The position numbers and the translations under genes were made by a program. A stretch of 64,000 nucleotides of DNA, from positions 10,273 through 74,272 of the forward strand of contig DMMZ01000027.1 of assembly GCA_003452915.1 (NCBI GenBank). Direction: 5' to 3'. Position 1 is the stretch's first letter. Each line of letters starts with the position of its first letter. The stretch comes from Clostridiales bacterium (GTDB lineage Bacteria; Bacillota; Clostridia; Oscillospirales; CAG-382). Shown one piece after another: positions 55,871 to 64,000 of this stretch. The notes below the pieces were generated by a model. That model did not search any database, was not told the origin of the DNA, and worked only from the letters and a program-made list of their open reading frames with translations.

Positions 55871-57229
55871 TTATTTCCCTACACAAAAGTGTGAAAATAT
55901 CTCGTTTACAACCTGTTCGGATGCCAATCTGCCATCAAGCTCACCAAGGCAGGCTATCGCTTCCTCAATATCCATGCCTGCAATATCCTGCGTAAAACCA
56001 TCAAGTGAGGATAAGGCGTTGTCAATCGCAACAAATGCTCGGCTCAATGCCGCATACTGCCTTGCTCCGACTATAATTTCTCCCAAAGAAGAAATATTAC
56101 CCTCTCCGAACATCTCACCTATGATTTTTTCTAATCTTTCTTTTCCTAGCCCTTCCAAAGCTGAAAAGAATATCTGTTTTCCGAAGGCTATTTCGGGTAA
56201 AACCGTCCTCAAATCACTCTTGTTTAACAGACAAACTGTACAGTCCTCTTTACCTGTAAGACTTATTTGCTTTATTATTTCTTTGTCGTCCTCGTCAAAC
56301 GGTCTTGAGCCGTCAAAGACAGCTAAAACAAGCTCCGCATCAGCAAGCGCTTGCTTGCTTTTATTTATCCCGATACTCTCAATCACATCACTGCTTTCAC
56401 GAATTCCTGCTGTGTCCGAGAGGTTGAGCAGCAGGTCGCCAAGTCGAATTTGTTCTGTAACAATATCTCTTGTCGTTCCGGCGATATCGGTAACAATCGC
56501 ACGGTCATATCCGATTAAAGTGTTTAAAACAGAGCTTTTTCCTGTGTTTGGCTTGCCGATTATAACGGTGTTTATACCCTCGCTGATGGCTTGTCCATAT
56601 CTGTGCGTTTCTTTTAATCGGAATAATTCATCTCGTATTACTAAAAGGCTGTCTTTCATTTCTTCGACGGAAACATCTCGTAAATCCTCATCAGGATAAT
56701 CTATATAGGCATATACCGATGCCGCAAGCAAAGTCAGTTTGTCCGATAAATCTTTTATCTTAGCCGACAAAGCTCCTTTTGACTGTAAAAGCGAAACCGT
56801 GAGGTGTTTTTCGTTCTTTGCGTCAATAATACCACCGACAGCCTCCGCTTGAGAAAGTGTGAGTTTTCCGTTTATAAATGCTCTTTTTGTAAATTCCCCT
56901 GCTTCGGCATAATATGCTCCAGCGGTTATTGCCGTTTCCAATAACTTTTTTGTAACAAGAATTCCACCGTGACAGCATAACTCAACGGTATCCTCACCTG
57001 TATAGCTTTTCGGAGCACGGTAGATTGTAATAATACCGTCGTCAAAAACCCCGTCTTTATCAAAAAAACTGCCATAAACGGCCGTGTTTGAGCTTATATC
57101 TTCAATATTCTTACCGCTTTTGGGCGTAAAAAGTGCAGAGGTAACCTTAATAGCGATGTCCCCTGTAATTCTTATCATAGCCACACCACCCTTGCCGAGT
57201 GGAGTGGAAATAGCGGCAATAGTTCTCAC
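55871..57229 (-). CDS. mnmE: tRNA modification GTPase MnmE (TrmE)
   Basis: TIAAISTP...GKPNTGKSSVLN...DTAGIR...NKSD, with the C-terminal FCVGK (CxGK). Confidence 0.96.
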   Translation of the reverse strand: MRTIAAISTPLGKGGVAMIRITGDIAIKVTSALFTPKSGKNIEDISSNTAVYGSFFDKDGVFDDGIITIYRAPKSYTGEDTVELCCHGGILVTKKLLETAITAGAYYAEAGEFTKRAFINGKLTLSQAEAVGGIIDAKNEKHLTVSLLQSKGALSAKIKDLSDKLTLLAASVYAYIDYPDEDLRDVSVEEMKDSLLVIRDELFRLKETHRYGQAISEGINTVIIGKPNTGKSSVLNTLIGYDRAIVTDIAGTTRDIVTEQIRLGDLLLNLSDTAGIRESSDVIESIGINKSKQALADAELVLAVFDGSRPFDEDDKEIIKQISLTGKEDCTVCLLNKSDLRTVLPEIAFGKQIFFSALEGLGKERLEKIIGEMFGEGNISSLGEIIVGARQYAALSRAFVAIDNALSSLDGFTQDIAGMDIEEAIACLGELDGRLASEQVVNEIFSHFCVGK

Positions 57230-57714
57230 AAAAATAATTTCCCCTTAAGATTCAATCCCTCAAAATCACGCTGTCTAAGTACCTCATAAACCGCTATTGC
57301 GGCGGAATTTGATAAATTCAAGCTGCGTAGTTCACCAAGCATGGGAATTCGCACACAGCTTTCTTTATTTTTAAGTAACAATTCCTCTGGAAGCCCTTTG
57401 GTTTCTTTTCCAAAAAATAAAAAGACTTTGCCCTCATATTTTACGTCTGTATAATTTATTGCAGCCTTTGTTGTGAAATAATAAAAGAAGCCGTCTGTAT
57501 TTTTGGAATAAAAATCGTTTAAATCCTTATAGTAATGAATATCCAGATGCGACCAGTAATCAAGCCCTGCTCTCTTAAGCTGCCTGTCCGTAATTGTAAA
57601 ACCAAGCGGCTCTATCAAATGTAAAGAAGAACCCGTTGCGGCACAGGTGCGTGAAATATTTCCAGTATTCTGCGGTATCTCTGGCTCCAGGAGTACAATG
57701 TTTATATCGCTCAA
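57226..57714 (-). CDS. trmL: SpoU-family tRNA (cytidine/uridine-2'-O)-methyltransferase, TrmL-like
   Basis: NIVLLEPEIPQNTGNISRTCAATGSSLHLIEPLGF...LNLSNSAAIAVYE. Confidence 0.85.
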   Translation of the reverse strand: MSDINIVLLEPEIPQNTGNISRTCAATGSSLHLIEPLGFTITDRQLKRAGLDYWSHLDIHYYKDLNDFYSKNTDGFFYYFTTKAAINYTDVKYEGKVFLFFGKETKGLPEELLLKNKESCVRIPMLGELRSLNLSNSAAIAVYEVLRQRDFEGLNLKGKLFL

Positions 57715-57885
57715 GCTTTATGTTTCCCCTCTAATTAAAGGTATTAATATATATTATATATCTATTTTACCATTTTTGCAATTATTTTTACAAAAAGAGG
57801 TGTATTTATTTGTTAATTTATGATATTATTATTCAGTTAAAATTAAAAACGGAATTACTTTCTCACGAAAGGAACGGTAATAGCA

Positions 57886-60636
57886 ATGTCTTTATTTAAT
57901 AAAATGTTTGGAACATACAGCGATCGACAAGTAAAAAAGCTGGAACCTATTGCACAAAAAATAGAAGATTTAAGCAGCAAATATGCTGCTATGGATGATG
58001 ATACTCTTAGTAATCAGACCGAAATATTAAAAACCAGATTGAAAAACGGTGAAACATTGGATGATATTCTTCCGGATGCCTTTGCGGTGGTTCGTGAGGT
58101 TTCGGATCGTGTTTCTGGTAAAAGACCGTTTCACTCTCAGTTGTTGGGCGGAATAGTTATTCACCAAGGGCGTATTGCTGAAATGAAAACAGGCGAAGGT
58201 AAAACATTGATGGCCGCTCTCCCTGCATATCTTAATGCACTTACAGGTCAGGGCGTTCATGTTGTCACTGTAAACGATTATCTAGCAAAATATCACAGTG
58301 AGTTGATGGGTAATATCTACCATTTTCTTGGACTTTCTGTTGGACTTATAATTCATGGCATAACTCCTGATCAACGCAGAGAAGCGTATGCTGCGGATAT
58401 TACTTACGGAACAAACAATGAATATGGCTTCGATTATCTTCGTGATAATATGGTTATATATAAAGAGCATCTTGTTCAACGCGAACATGCTTTTGCGATA
58501 GTGGACGAGGTAGACAGTATTTTAATTGACGAAGCAAGAACCCCTCTCATTATTTCGGGACAAGGCGAAGAGAGCAGCGATATGTACCGTAAAGCTGATG
58601 AATTTATTCGCAGGCTTAAATGCTACCGTATAAAAGAATTTGACGCCAAAAAGTCGGACGAGGATATTGTAGAGGATTATATAGTTGACGAAAAAGCTAA
58701 AAGTGCTGTTTTATCGGCTAATGGTATAAGAAAAGCAGAGTCGCACTTTAATGTACAGAATCTAGGCGACGCTGAAAATATAGAGCTTATGCACTACCTA
58801 AACAACGCAATTCGTGCAAGAGGAGTTATGCAGCTTGATGTTGATTATGTTGTCAAGGATGGAAAGGTTTTGATTGTCGACACCTTTACAGGTCGTATTA
58901 TGCCCGGAAGACGATATTCCAACGGGTTACATCAGGCAATTGAAGCAAAAGAAGGCGTTGAGGTAGAGAAGGAAAATAAAACTCAGGCGACAATCACCTT
59001 CCAGAATTATTTCCGTATGTACAAAAAGCTATCGGGTATGACAGGTACAGCTCTGACGGAAGAAAATGAATTCCGCGAGATATACTCGCTGGATGTTGTT
59101 GAAATACCCACAAATAAGCCTATGATTCGTAAAGATCAAAACGACCTTGTTTACCGTGGTATTGAGGGGAAATATAATGCAATAGTAAATCAGATAGAAG
59201 AATGTCGTGAAAAAGGTCAGCCTGTGCTTGTTGGTACTGTTTCAATTGAAAAGAGTGAGCTCATTTCACGGCTTCTTGAAAAAAAAGGAATCAAACATAA
59301 TGTCCTGAACGCTAAGTTCCACGAAAAGGAAGCAGAGATTATCGCTCAGGCAGGTAAGCTTGGTGCTGTAACGATTTCTACCAACATGGCAGGACGCGGA
59401 ACCGATATTATGCTCGGAGGTAACAGCGAGTTCCTTGCAAAAGCACAAATGCGTAAAGAAGGTTTTGACGAATACCTTATTTACGAAGGAACAAATTTTG
59501 GTAAGTCGGATGATGAGCAGATTTCAGCAGCCAGAATCAGATTTAAAGAACTTAAAGATAAATACGAAGAAGAAATAAATCAAGAAGCAGTGCTTGTTAA
59601 GCAGGCAGGTGGATTATATATTCTGGGAACAGAGCGTCACGAAAGCAGACGTATAGACAATCAGCTTCGTGGTCGTGCGGGCAGACAGGGCGACCCGGGC
59701 GAAAGCAGATTTTTTATATCCATGCAGGACGATCTTATGCGTCTGTTCGGTTCTGATAGAATTATTGGTATAATCGACGCTCTTAAAATGCCGGCTGACC
59801 AGCCGATCGATGCAAAAATGCTCTCGAATTCAATTGAAGGCGCACAAAAACGTATTGAAGGACAGAACTTTGAACGCAGAAAAAACGTATTGCAATACGA
59901 CGATGTAATGAACAAGCAACGTGAGCTTATTTACAAGCAACGCAGAGATGTTCTTAATGGAGCAAACCTAAAAGAAACAATTTTAAAGATGGTCAACGAT
60001 TTTATCGGCGGTGTTGTCGTTCCCTTTACCTCAGGTGATGTTCCGGATGATTGGAATTTTGACGGTATAAGAAACGAGTTTGGTGGAATTTTGTGTAATA
60101 AGGATGATTTCCATTACACGCAGGACGAGATCGGTTCGCTTAATCAGGAAGATATTATTACAATGCTTTACGAAAGAGCAGAAAAGAAATATGCCGAACA
60201 GGAAGAAATATTCACTTCCGAGATTTTCAGAGAAGTTGAACGTGCTGTACTTTTAAGAACCGTTGACAAGCATTGGGTGGATCATATTGATGCCATGGAC
60301 GACCTTACAGGAAGCGTGGGACTTAACGCTTACGCACAGCGTAATCCTTTTGTTGAATACAAGATACAGGGCGGAGCGATGTTCGAGGATATGATAGCTT
60401 CTATCAGAGAAGAAACCGTTCGAATGCTGCTTACTGTAATGCCGAAGAAAAAGATAGAGCGCGAGCAGGTGCTTGTTGGTGACGCTACTTTAAAGGGTCA
60501 AGAGGGTAAAAAAGTTAAACCCACACCGAAACGCAAGATTGAAAAAGCTGGACCGAATGACCTTTGCCCCTGCGGAAGCGGTAAAAAATACAAAAAATGC
60601 TGCGGCTCAGTCGGAGATACACCAAAAGTAAAATAA
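57886..60636 (+). CDS. secA: Preprotein translocase ATPase SecA
   Basis: MKTGEGKTL, DEVDSILIDEARTPLIISG, TNMAGRGTDI, and the C-terminal zinc motif CPCGSGKKYKKCCG. Confidence 0.97.
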   Translation: MSLFNKMFGTYSDRQVKKLEPIAQKIEDLSSKYAAMDDDTLSNQTEILKTRLKNGETLDDILPDAFAVVREVSDRVSGKRPFHSQLLGGIVIHQGRIAEMKTGEGKTLMAALPAYLNALTGQGVHVVTVNDYLAKYHSELMGNIYHFLGLSVGLIIHGITPDQRREAYAADITYGTNNEYGFDYLRDNMVIYKEHLVQREHAFAIVDEVDSILIDEARTPLIISGQGEESSDMYRKADEFIRRLKCYRIKEFDAKKSDEDIVEDYIVDEKAKSAVLSANGIRKAESHFNVQNLGDAENIELMHYLNNAIRARGVMQLDVDYVVKDGKVLIVDTFTGRIMPGRRYSNGLHQAIEAKEGVEVEKENKTQATITFQNYFRMYKKLSGMTGTALTEENEFREIYSLDVVEIPTNKPMIRKDQNDLVYRGIEGKYNAIVNQIEECREKGQPVLVGTVSIEKSELISRLLEKKGIKHNVLNAKFHEKEAEIIAQAGKLGAVTISTNMAGRGTDIMLGGNSEFLAKAQMRKEGFDEYLIYEGTNFGKSDDEQISAARIRFKELKDKYEEEINQEAVLVKQAGGLYILGTERHESRRIDNQLRGRAGRQGDPGESRFFISMQDDLMRLFGSDRIIGIIDALKMPADQPIDAKMLSNSIEGAQKRIEGQNFERRKNVLQYDDVMNKQRELIYKQRRDVLNGANLKETILKMVNDFIGGVVVPFTSGDVPDDWNFDGIRNEFGGILCNKDDFHYTQDEIGSLNQEDIITMLYERAEKKYAEQEEIFTSEIFREVERAVLLRTVDKHWVDHIDAMDDLTGSVGLNAYAQRNPFVEYKIQGGAMFEDMIASIREETVRMLLTVMPKKKIEREQVLVGDATLKGQEGKKVKPTPKRKIEKAGPNDLCPCGSGKKYKKCCGSVGDTPKVK

Positions 60637-60674
60637 TAAATATATAAATATTTAAAAAGAAAGGAATTGCAGAT

Positions 60675-61265
60675 ATGGGTTTTGGAATAGCTACATTAGG
60701 TTATGGATTTTTGCTTACGTATGAAGCAGGCGGCGGAATCTTTGCAGGTATTTTACTTGCATATGGTTTTTATTTAACTTCGTTAGTAAATAAACGATTT
60801 TTAGCAGCCTCTATATCTGCTCTTCTTTTAATTCCTCATTCGGTTTTATTGCTCCTTATAGTTATAGGGGTAGTTGATGAAACAAAAATTCAGCTTTTAA
60901 TACAAATAAGCCGCAGTGTGTTTTATCTTGCATGGTTGTCTATGGCGTATAATTATTTTACAGCTATCAAAAATATAGCTATCGAAAACAAAAATATAAG
61001 ATTGCAAAATAAAGCTATGAATAGATTATATTTAACTGTTTTAATATTACTTGCAATCTTATCTACTATTATTTTTAGTGTATTAAATACTTCATCTGTA
61101 AGTAATATCCTTTATGTTTCACAATATTTAGTTATTCTTATAAACATACTATTCTTGCATAACTGCTTTATAATGATAACAACAGAATCGCAATATAAAA
61201 AAGACAAAAGAAAATATATTGAAGAAGAAAAAAAGTTATTAGAGAAAAGGAAAAAAGAAAAATAA
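60675..61265 (+). CDS. Hypothetical membrane protein with Lys/Glu-rich tail
   Basis: 196 aa with about 5 TM helices and a C-terminal KKDKRKYIEEEKKLLEKRKKEK. A/T-rich relative to secA. Confidence 0.6.
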   Translation: MGFGIATLGYGFLLTYEAGGGIFAGILLAYGFYLTSLVNKRFLAASISALLLIPHSVLLLLIVIGVVDETKIQLLIQISRSVFYLAWLSMAYNYFTAIKNIAIENKNIRLQNKAMNRLYLTVLILLAILSTIIFSVLNTSSVSNILYVSQYLVILINILFLHNCFIMITTESQYKKDKRKYIEEEKKLLEKRKKEK

Positions 61266-61380
61266 GCGTTAGCGTGAAAAATATAAGAAATTGAGGTACA
61301 TTGGCTCGTATTAAATGTACACAACGGTGTACCATGCGATTTTTTCATTACTGTTTATGTTCGGCAGGACGTGGAGGTTA

Positions 61381-61530
61381 GTTTGAAATATTCCATTTTT
61401 CAAACACGGTTTTGTGCCTTTACTGCAAGAGGTGCAGTAATTCGGCTGTTGCCGGAACGGCACAATTCTAATGTATGAAAGTGTAACTTTCATACAATGT
61501 GGTTGGCGTAAACGCCACGGAAAGGAATGG
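61381..61530 (+). repeat. Structured leader element, copy D (largest form), upstream of the 427-aa membrane protein
   Basis: GTTTGAAAtattccatTTTTCAAAC ACGGTTTTGTGCC TTTACTGCaagagGTGCAGTAA TTCGGCtgttGCCGGAA cGGCACAATTC taatg TATGAAAGTgtaACTTTCATA caatgtggt TGGCGtaaaCGCCAcGGAAAGGAATGG. Confidence 0.75.
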
Positions 61531-62810
61531 ATCATATGAAAGAAAAAACAATTATCAGTCGAAGTCTTACTTGGGTATCTGTGGGAATGTTCTTTTTAAT
61601 CAACCCACTGTTAAATGTGGTTGATGTGCTTCCCGATTTTTTTGGATATTTAATTATTTATATCGGAGCTTCTAAGTTAGCAATGCTTAATGGGCGATTG
61701 GAATCCGCACTCAAAAAATTACAATATCTGATAGTTATCAGCGCTCTTAAACTAGCTATAACTTACTCTGTAATATCATCTGCGGTGGATTATGATAGAT
61801 TATTAGCAGCTTTTTGCTTTGCGATAGTTGAATTATTACTCTTGGTAATTACCGCTTTTGAATTTTTTGAAGGTTATGAGTATTTAATAATCCATAACGA
61901 AGGCAAGAAAACAGCTTCATTAATACCTAATGTCCGATTTTTAACAACTTTATTTTTTTCATTTAAAATCGTATTATCTGTTGTCCCCGAGCTTTATGCT
62001 TTTATAGAAACACGACAGCAAATTGATGTTTCAAACTTCCAATTTCTAAACAGTTTACAAAGCACAAGAGGTTTAGTAACCGCATTTTGTTTATTTATTG
62101 TATTAATTTTAGGAATTATATGGTATGTAAATATTATAAGAATGCTTAGTACTACCAAAAATGATGAAGAATTAAACAAGAAGTTGACAGATCGTTATAA
62201 TAACGAATTTATTGCATATCCCGAAAAACAAAATCTAAAATCACTTAAATTCGGACTATACATCGCATTATTAGGCTGCATTTTCTTTTTTGACATTACT
62301 GTTGACGGAGTTCGGATACTTCCGACAGCTATGGCAATAGTATTATTTTCGGTTTCTGCATTTATATTAAAAAGATTCGCTTCATTTACAAGAACCATCA
62401 AATCAGCACCTTATGTTATTATTATTCAAATTATTACCGAGATATTTAGATACCTTTATGCCGATAATGAAGCTGTTTTTCTCTCCGAACTTGATCTGAC
62501 AATTGTAGTATACAGCTCGTTGGTAGTCGTGATTAGCGCGTGTGCTGTAATGCTATTTATGAGCAACTTTCTTGACGATCTTCGTGACATGTATGCAGGT
62601 ATAACAACAAACAAAATTCCGACTTTTTATATGAAAAGCTTTTTGTTTTTAGTGTTTATTGTTATCGGGTCGCTCCAGATTGTTCTTCCAACCATCCGTG
62701 ATGAAACCTCTGCAATCGGTTTTTTAACTGTAGCATTATGGGTTTTCCTGTGCGGAAAGCGGTTTTTATTTATCATTGAAGATTACGGCAAATCAATAAG
62801 ACTATTATAA
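61527..62810 (+). CDS. Hypothetical polytopic membrane protein
   Basis: 427 aa with about 10 TM helices. The start is either the element-internal ATG at 61527 or ATG 61536. No recognisable family. Confidence 0.65.
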   Translation: MDHMKEKTIISRSLTWVSVGMFFLINPLLNVVDVLPDFFGYLIIYIGASKLAMLNGRLESALKKLQYLIVISALKLAITYSVISSAVDYDRLLAAFCFAIVELLLLVITAFEFFEGYEYLIIHNEGKKTASLIPNVRFLTTLFFSFKIVLSVVPELYAFIETRQQIDVSNFQFLNSLQSTRGLVTAFCLFIVLILGIIWYVNIIRMLSTTKNDEELNKKLTDRYNNEFIAYPEKQNLKSLKFGLYIALLGCIFFFDITVDGVRILPTAMAIVLFSVSAFILKRFASFTRTIKSAPYVIIIQIITEIFRYLYADNEAVFLSELDLTIVVYSSLVVVISACAVMLFMSNFLDDLRDMYAGITTNKIPTFYMKSFLFLVFIVIGSLQIVLPTIRDETSAIGFLTVALWVFLCGKRFLFIIEDYGKSIRLL

Positions 62811-62854
62811 AAATTTAAAAAGACTCCGAAAGACAAGAGGTTAAATAAAGACAC

Positions 62855-64000
62855 ATGTGTGGTTTTGTTGGAATATATAAAAAAGTCGGACTTACCGAAA
62901 GAAATAAATCAGACGGCAGAAAGATGTCATATGCAATCCGCCACAGAGGTCCTGACCTTGATAAGGTGTATGAGGGCGAAAAACTGATTTTCGCTTTTCG
63001 ACGCCTTTCTATAATAGACCTTGAAGGCGGCAGTCAGCCTTTTATAAGTGAAGATGGCAGATTCTCTTGCGTTTATAACGGAGAAATCTATAATTACCTT
63101 GAACTAAAAAGCGAACTTGAGCAAAAGGGGCATACATTTGTAACCAACTCCGAAGTTGAAGTTATGGTAAGAATGTATTCTCTTTACGGAGCAGGTTTTA
63201 TTAGCAGACTGCGTGGTATGTTTTCGTTCCTTATATATGATAAGGAAAACGATGTTATAATGGCGGGACGTGACCCTTTTGGAATAAAGCCACTATATTA
63301 CCATTGCGATTACGAGGGTATAGTTTTTTGCAGTGAAATGAAAGGCTTTTTCTTCGATTCCGGTTACAAAGACTTTGGTGTGGACAAGACGTTGTTGCAG
63401 CACTATATGACCTATCAATACGTAACAGAGCCTGACACAATAAACGGAAATTTATCTATACTTCCCAAGGGAAGCTATATGCTATATGACGGAAAAGAAA
63501 ACGGAAGAATCGATATCCTTTCTTATTATAAGCCGATTTTTTCGCCAAACAAAAATACTACCTATGAACAAAAAAAAGTTAGACTTCGCGAGGCTATAGA
63601 AAGTTCGGTACGTTATCATATGCTCTCGGATGTTCCGCTTGGTTCCTTTTTGTCAAGCGGTATTGACAGTGCTGTTATAACCGCAATCGCTTCAAAAATA
63701 GCACCTGGAATAAAAGCTTTTACCGTTGGCTTTAATGTAAAGGGTTATTCGGAGCTTGAGGATGCGGCAGCTATTTCCTCGCATCTCGATATTGACCATA
63801 TAAAGCTGCAATGTACATTAAAAGACTTTACCGATAATTACGAGAAGGTTATTTATCACCTTGATTCACCGCTTGCCGACCCATCGGTTGTTGCAATTTA
63901 TTTGATAAGCAAAGAAGCGGCAAAGCACGTAAAGGTAATTCTCTCGGGAGAGGGCAGTGACGAACTATTTGCAGGCTACAGACAATATTCTTCCGCAATT
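62855..64000 (+). CDS. asnB: Asparagine synthase (glutamine-hydrolysing), partial (runs off the window end)
   Basis: Manual translation from ATG 62855: MCGFVGIYKK...IRHRGPD...FRRLSIIDLEGGSQPF (Ntn glutaminase, Cys2), then the PP-loop SSGIDS at about 63657-63674 (LSSGIDSAV). Open to position 64000. Confidence 0.92.
   Translation, partial: MCGFVGIYKKVGLTERNKSDGRKMSYAIRHRGPDLDKVYEGEKLIFAFRRLSIIDLEGGSQPFISEDGRFSCVYNGEIYNYLELKSELEQKGHTFVTNSEVEVMVRMYSLYGAGFISRLRGMFSFLIYDKENDVIMAGRDPFGIKPLYYHCDYEGIVFCSEMKGFFFDSGYKDFGVDKTLLQHYMTYQYVTEPDTINGNLSILPKGSYMLYDGKENGRIDILSYYKPIFSPNKNTTYEQKKVRLREAIESSVRYHMLSDVPLGSFLSSGIDSAVITAIASKIAPGIKAFTVGFNVKGYSELEDAAAISSHLDIDHIKLQCTLKDFTDNYEKVIYHLDSPLADPSVVAIYLISKEAAKHVKVILSGEGSDELFAGYRQYSSAI

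Noticed and set aside
1-64000. CRISPR arrays, rRNA genes, an intact prophage or an integrase.
   Set aside because: No regularly spaced direct repeats, rRNA-like sequence or recombinase ORFs were seen anywhere in the window.

Overview
Chromosomal window from a low-GC Firmicute, Clostridia-like judging by gene content and order. All family assignments come from reading the supplied translations; no searches were run.

Layout:
- 1-16.8 kb, minus strand: one long core flagellar operon, flgB-flgC-fliE-fliF-fliG-fliH-fliI-fliJ-fliK-flgD-orf-flgE-flbD-fliM-fliY-fliO-fliP-fliQ-fliR-flhB-flhA. flhA runs off the window.
- 17.4-21.8 kb, plus strand: fliD-fliS-orf-motA-motB. motA carries an in-frame TAA.
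- 22.2-25.4 kb: ABC-2 exporter plus a LytTR / LiaF-like pair.
- 25.5-35.0 kb, minus strand: secreted or anchored proteins of unknown function and two tandem PAS-GGDEF-HD-GYP c-di-GMP proteins.
- 35.5-35.9 kb: a decayed relic resembling a BrxL-type Lon-like N-terminus.
- 36.1-39.9 kb: FMN riboswitch and ribD-ribE-ribBA-ribH.
- 39.9-42.8 kb: pdxR divergent from pdxS-pdxT.
- 42.9-49.9 kb: a segment bracketed by permuted fragments of one IS3-type transposase. It holds a permease, a PEPCK-fold P-loop protein, a disrupted purC, purE, a DUF2294-like gene, an orphan promoter-terminator unit and tsaC/sua5.
- 49.7-52.4 kb: a decayed islet (IS relics, a secreted protein, a frameshifted Abi_2-like gene) next to tRNA-Gln.
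- 52.6-64 kb: nudix-rsmG-mnmG-mnmE-trmL, secA, two unknown membrane proteins and a partial asnB.

The most unusual signal is a family of structured elements 86-150 nt long: four clear copies, one degenerate copy and one fragment. Each lies in sense orientation directly in front of a start codon (flhA, flhB, flbD, both ABC genes and an unknown membrane protein). Each ends in the Shine-Dalgarno site, and stems show compensatory changes between copies. I could not match it by eye to any riboswitch or leader class I know.

Second theme: several independent gene disruptions (motA, purC, abi, the BrxL-like relic, IS fragments) that need read-level confirmation.
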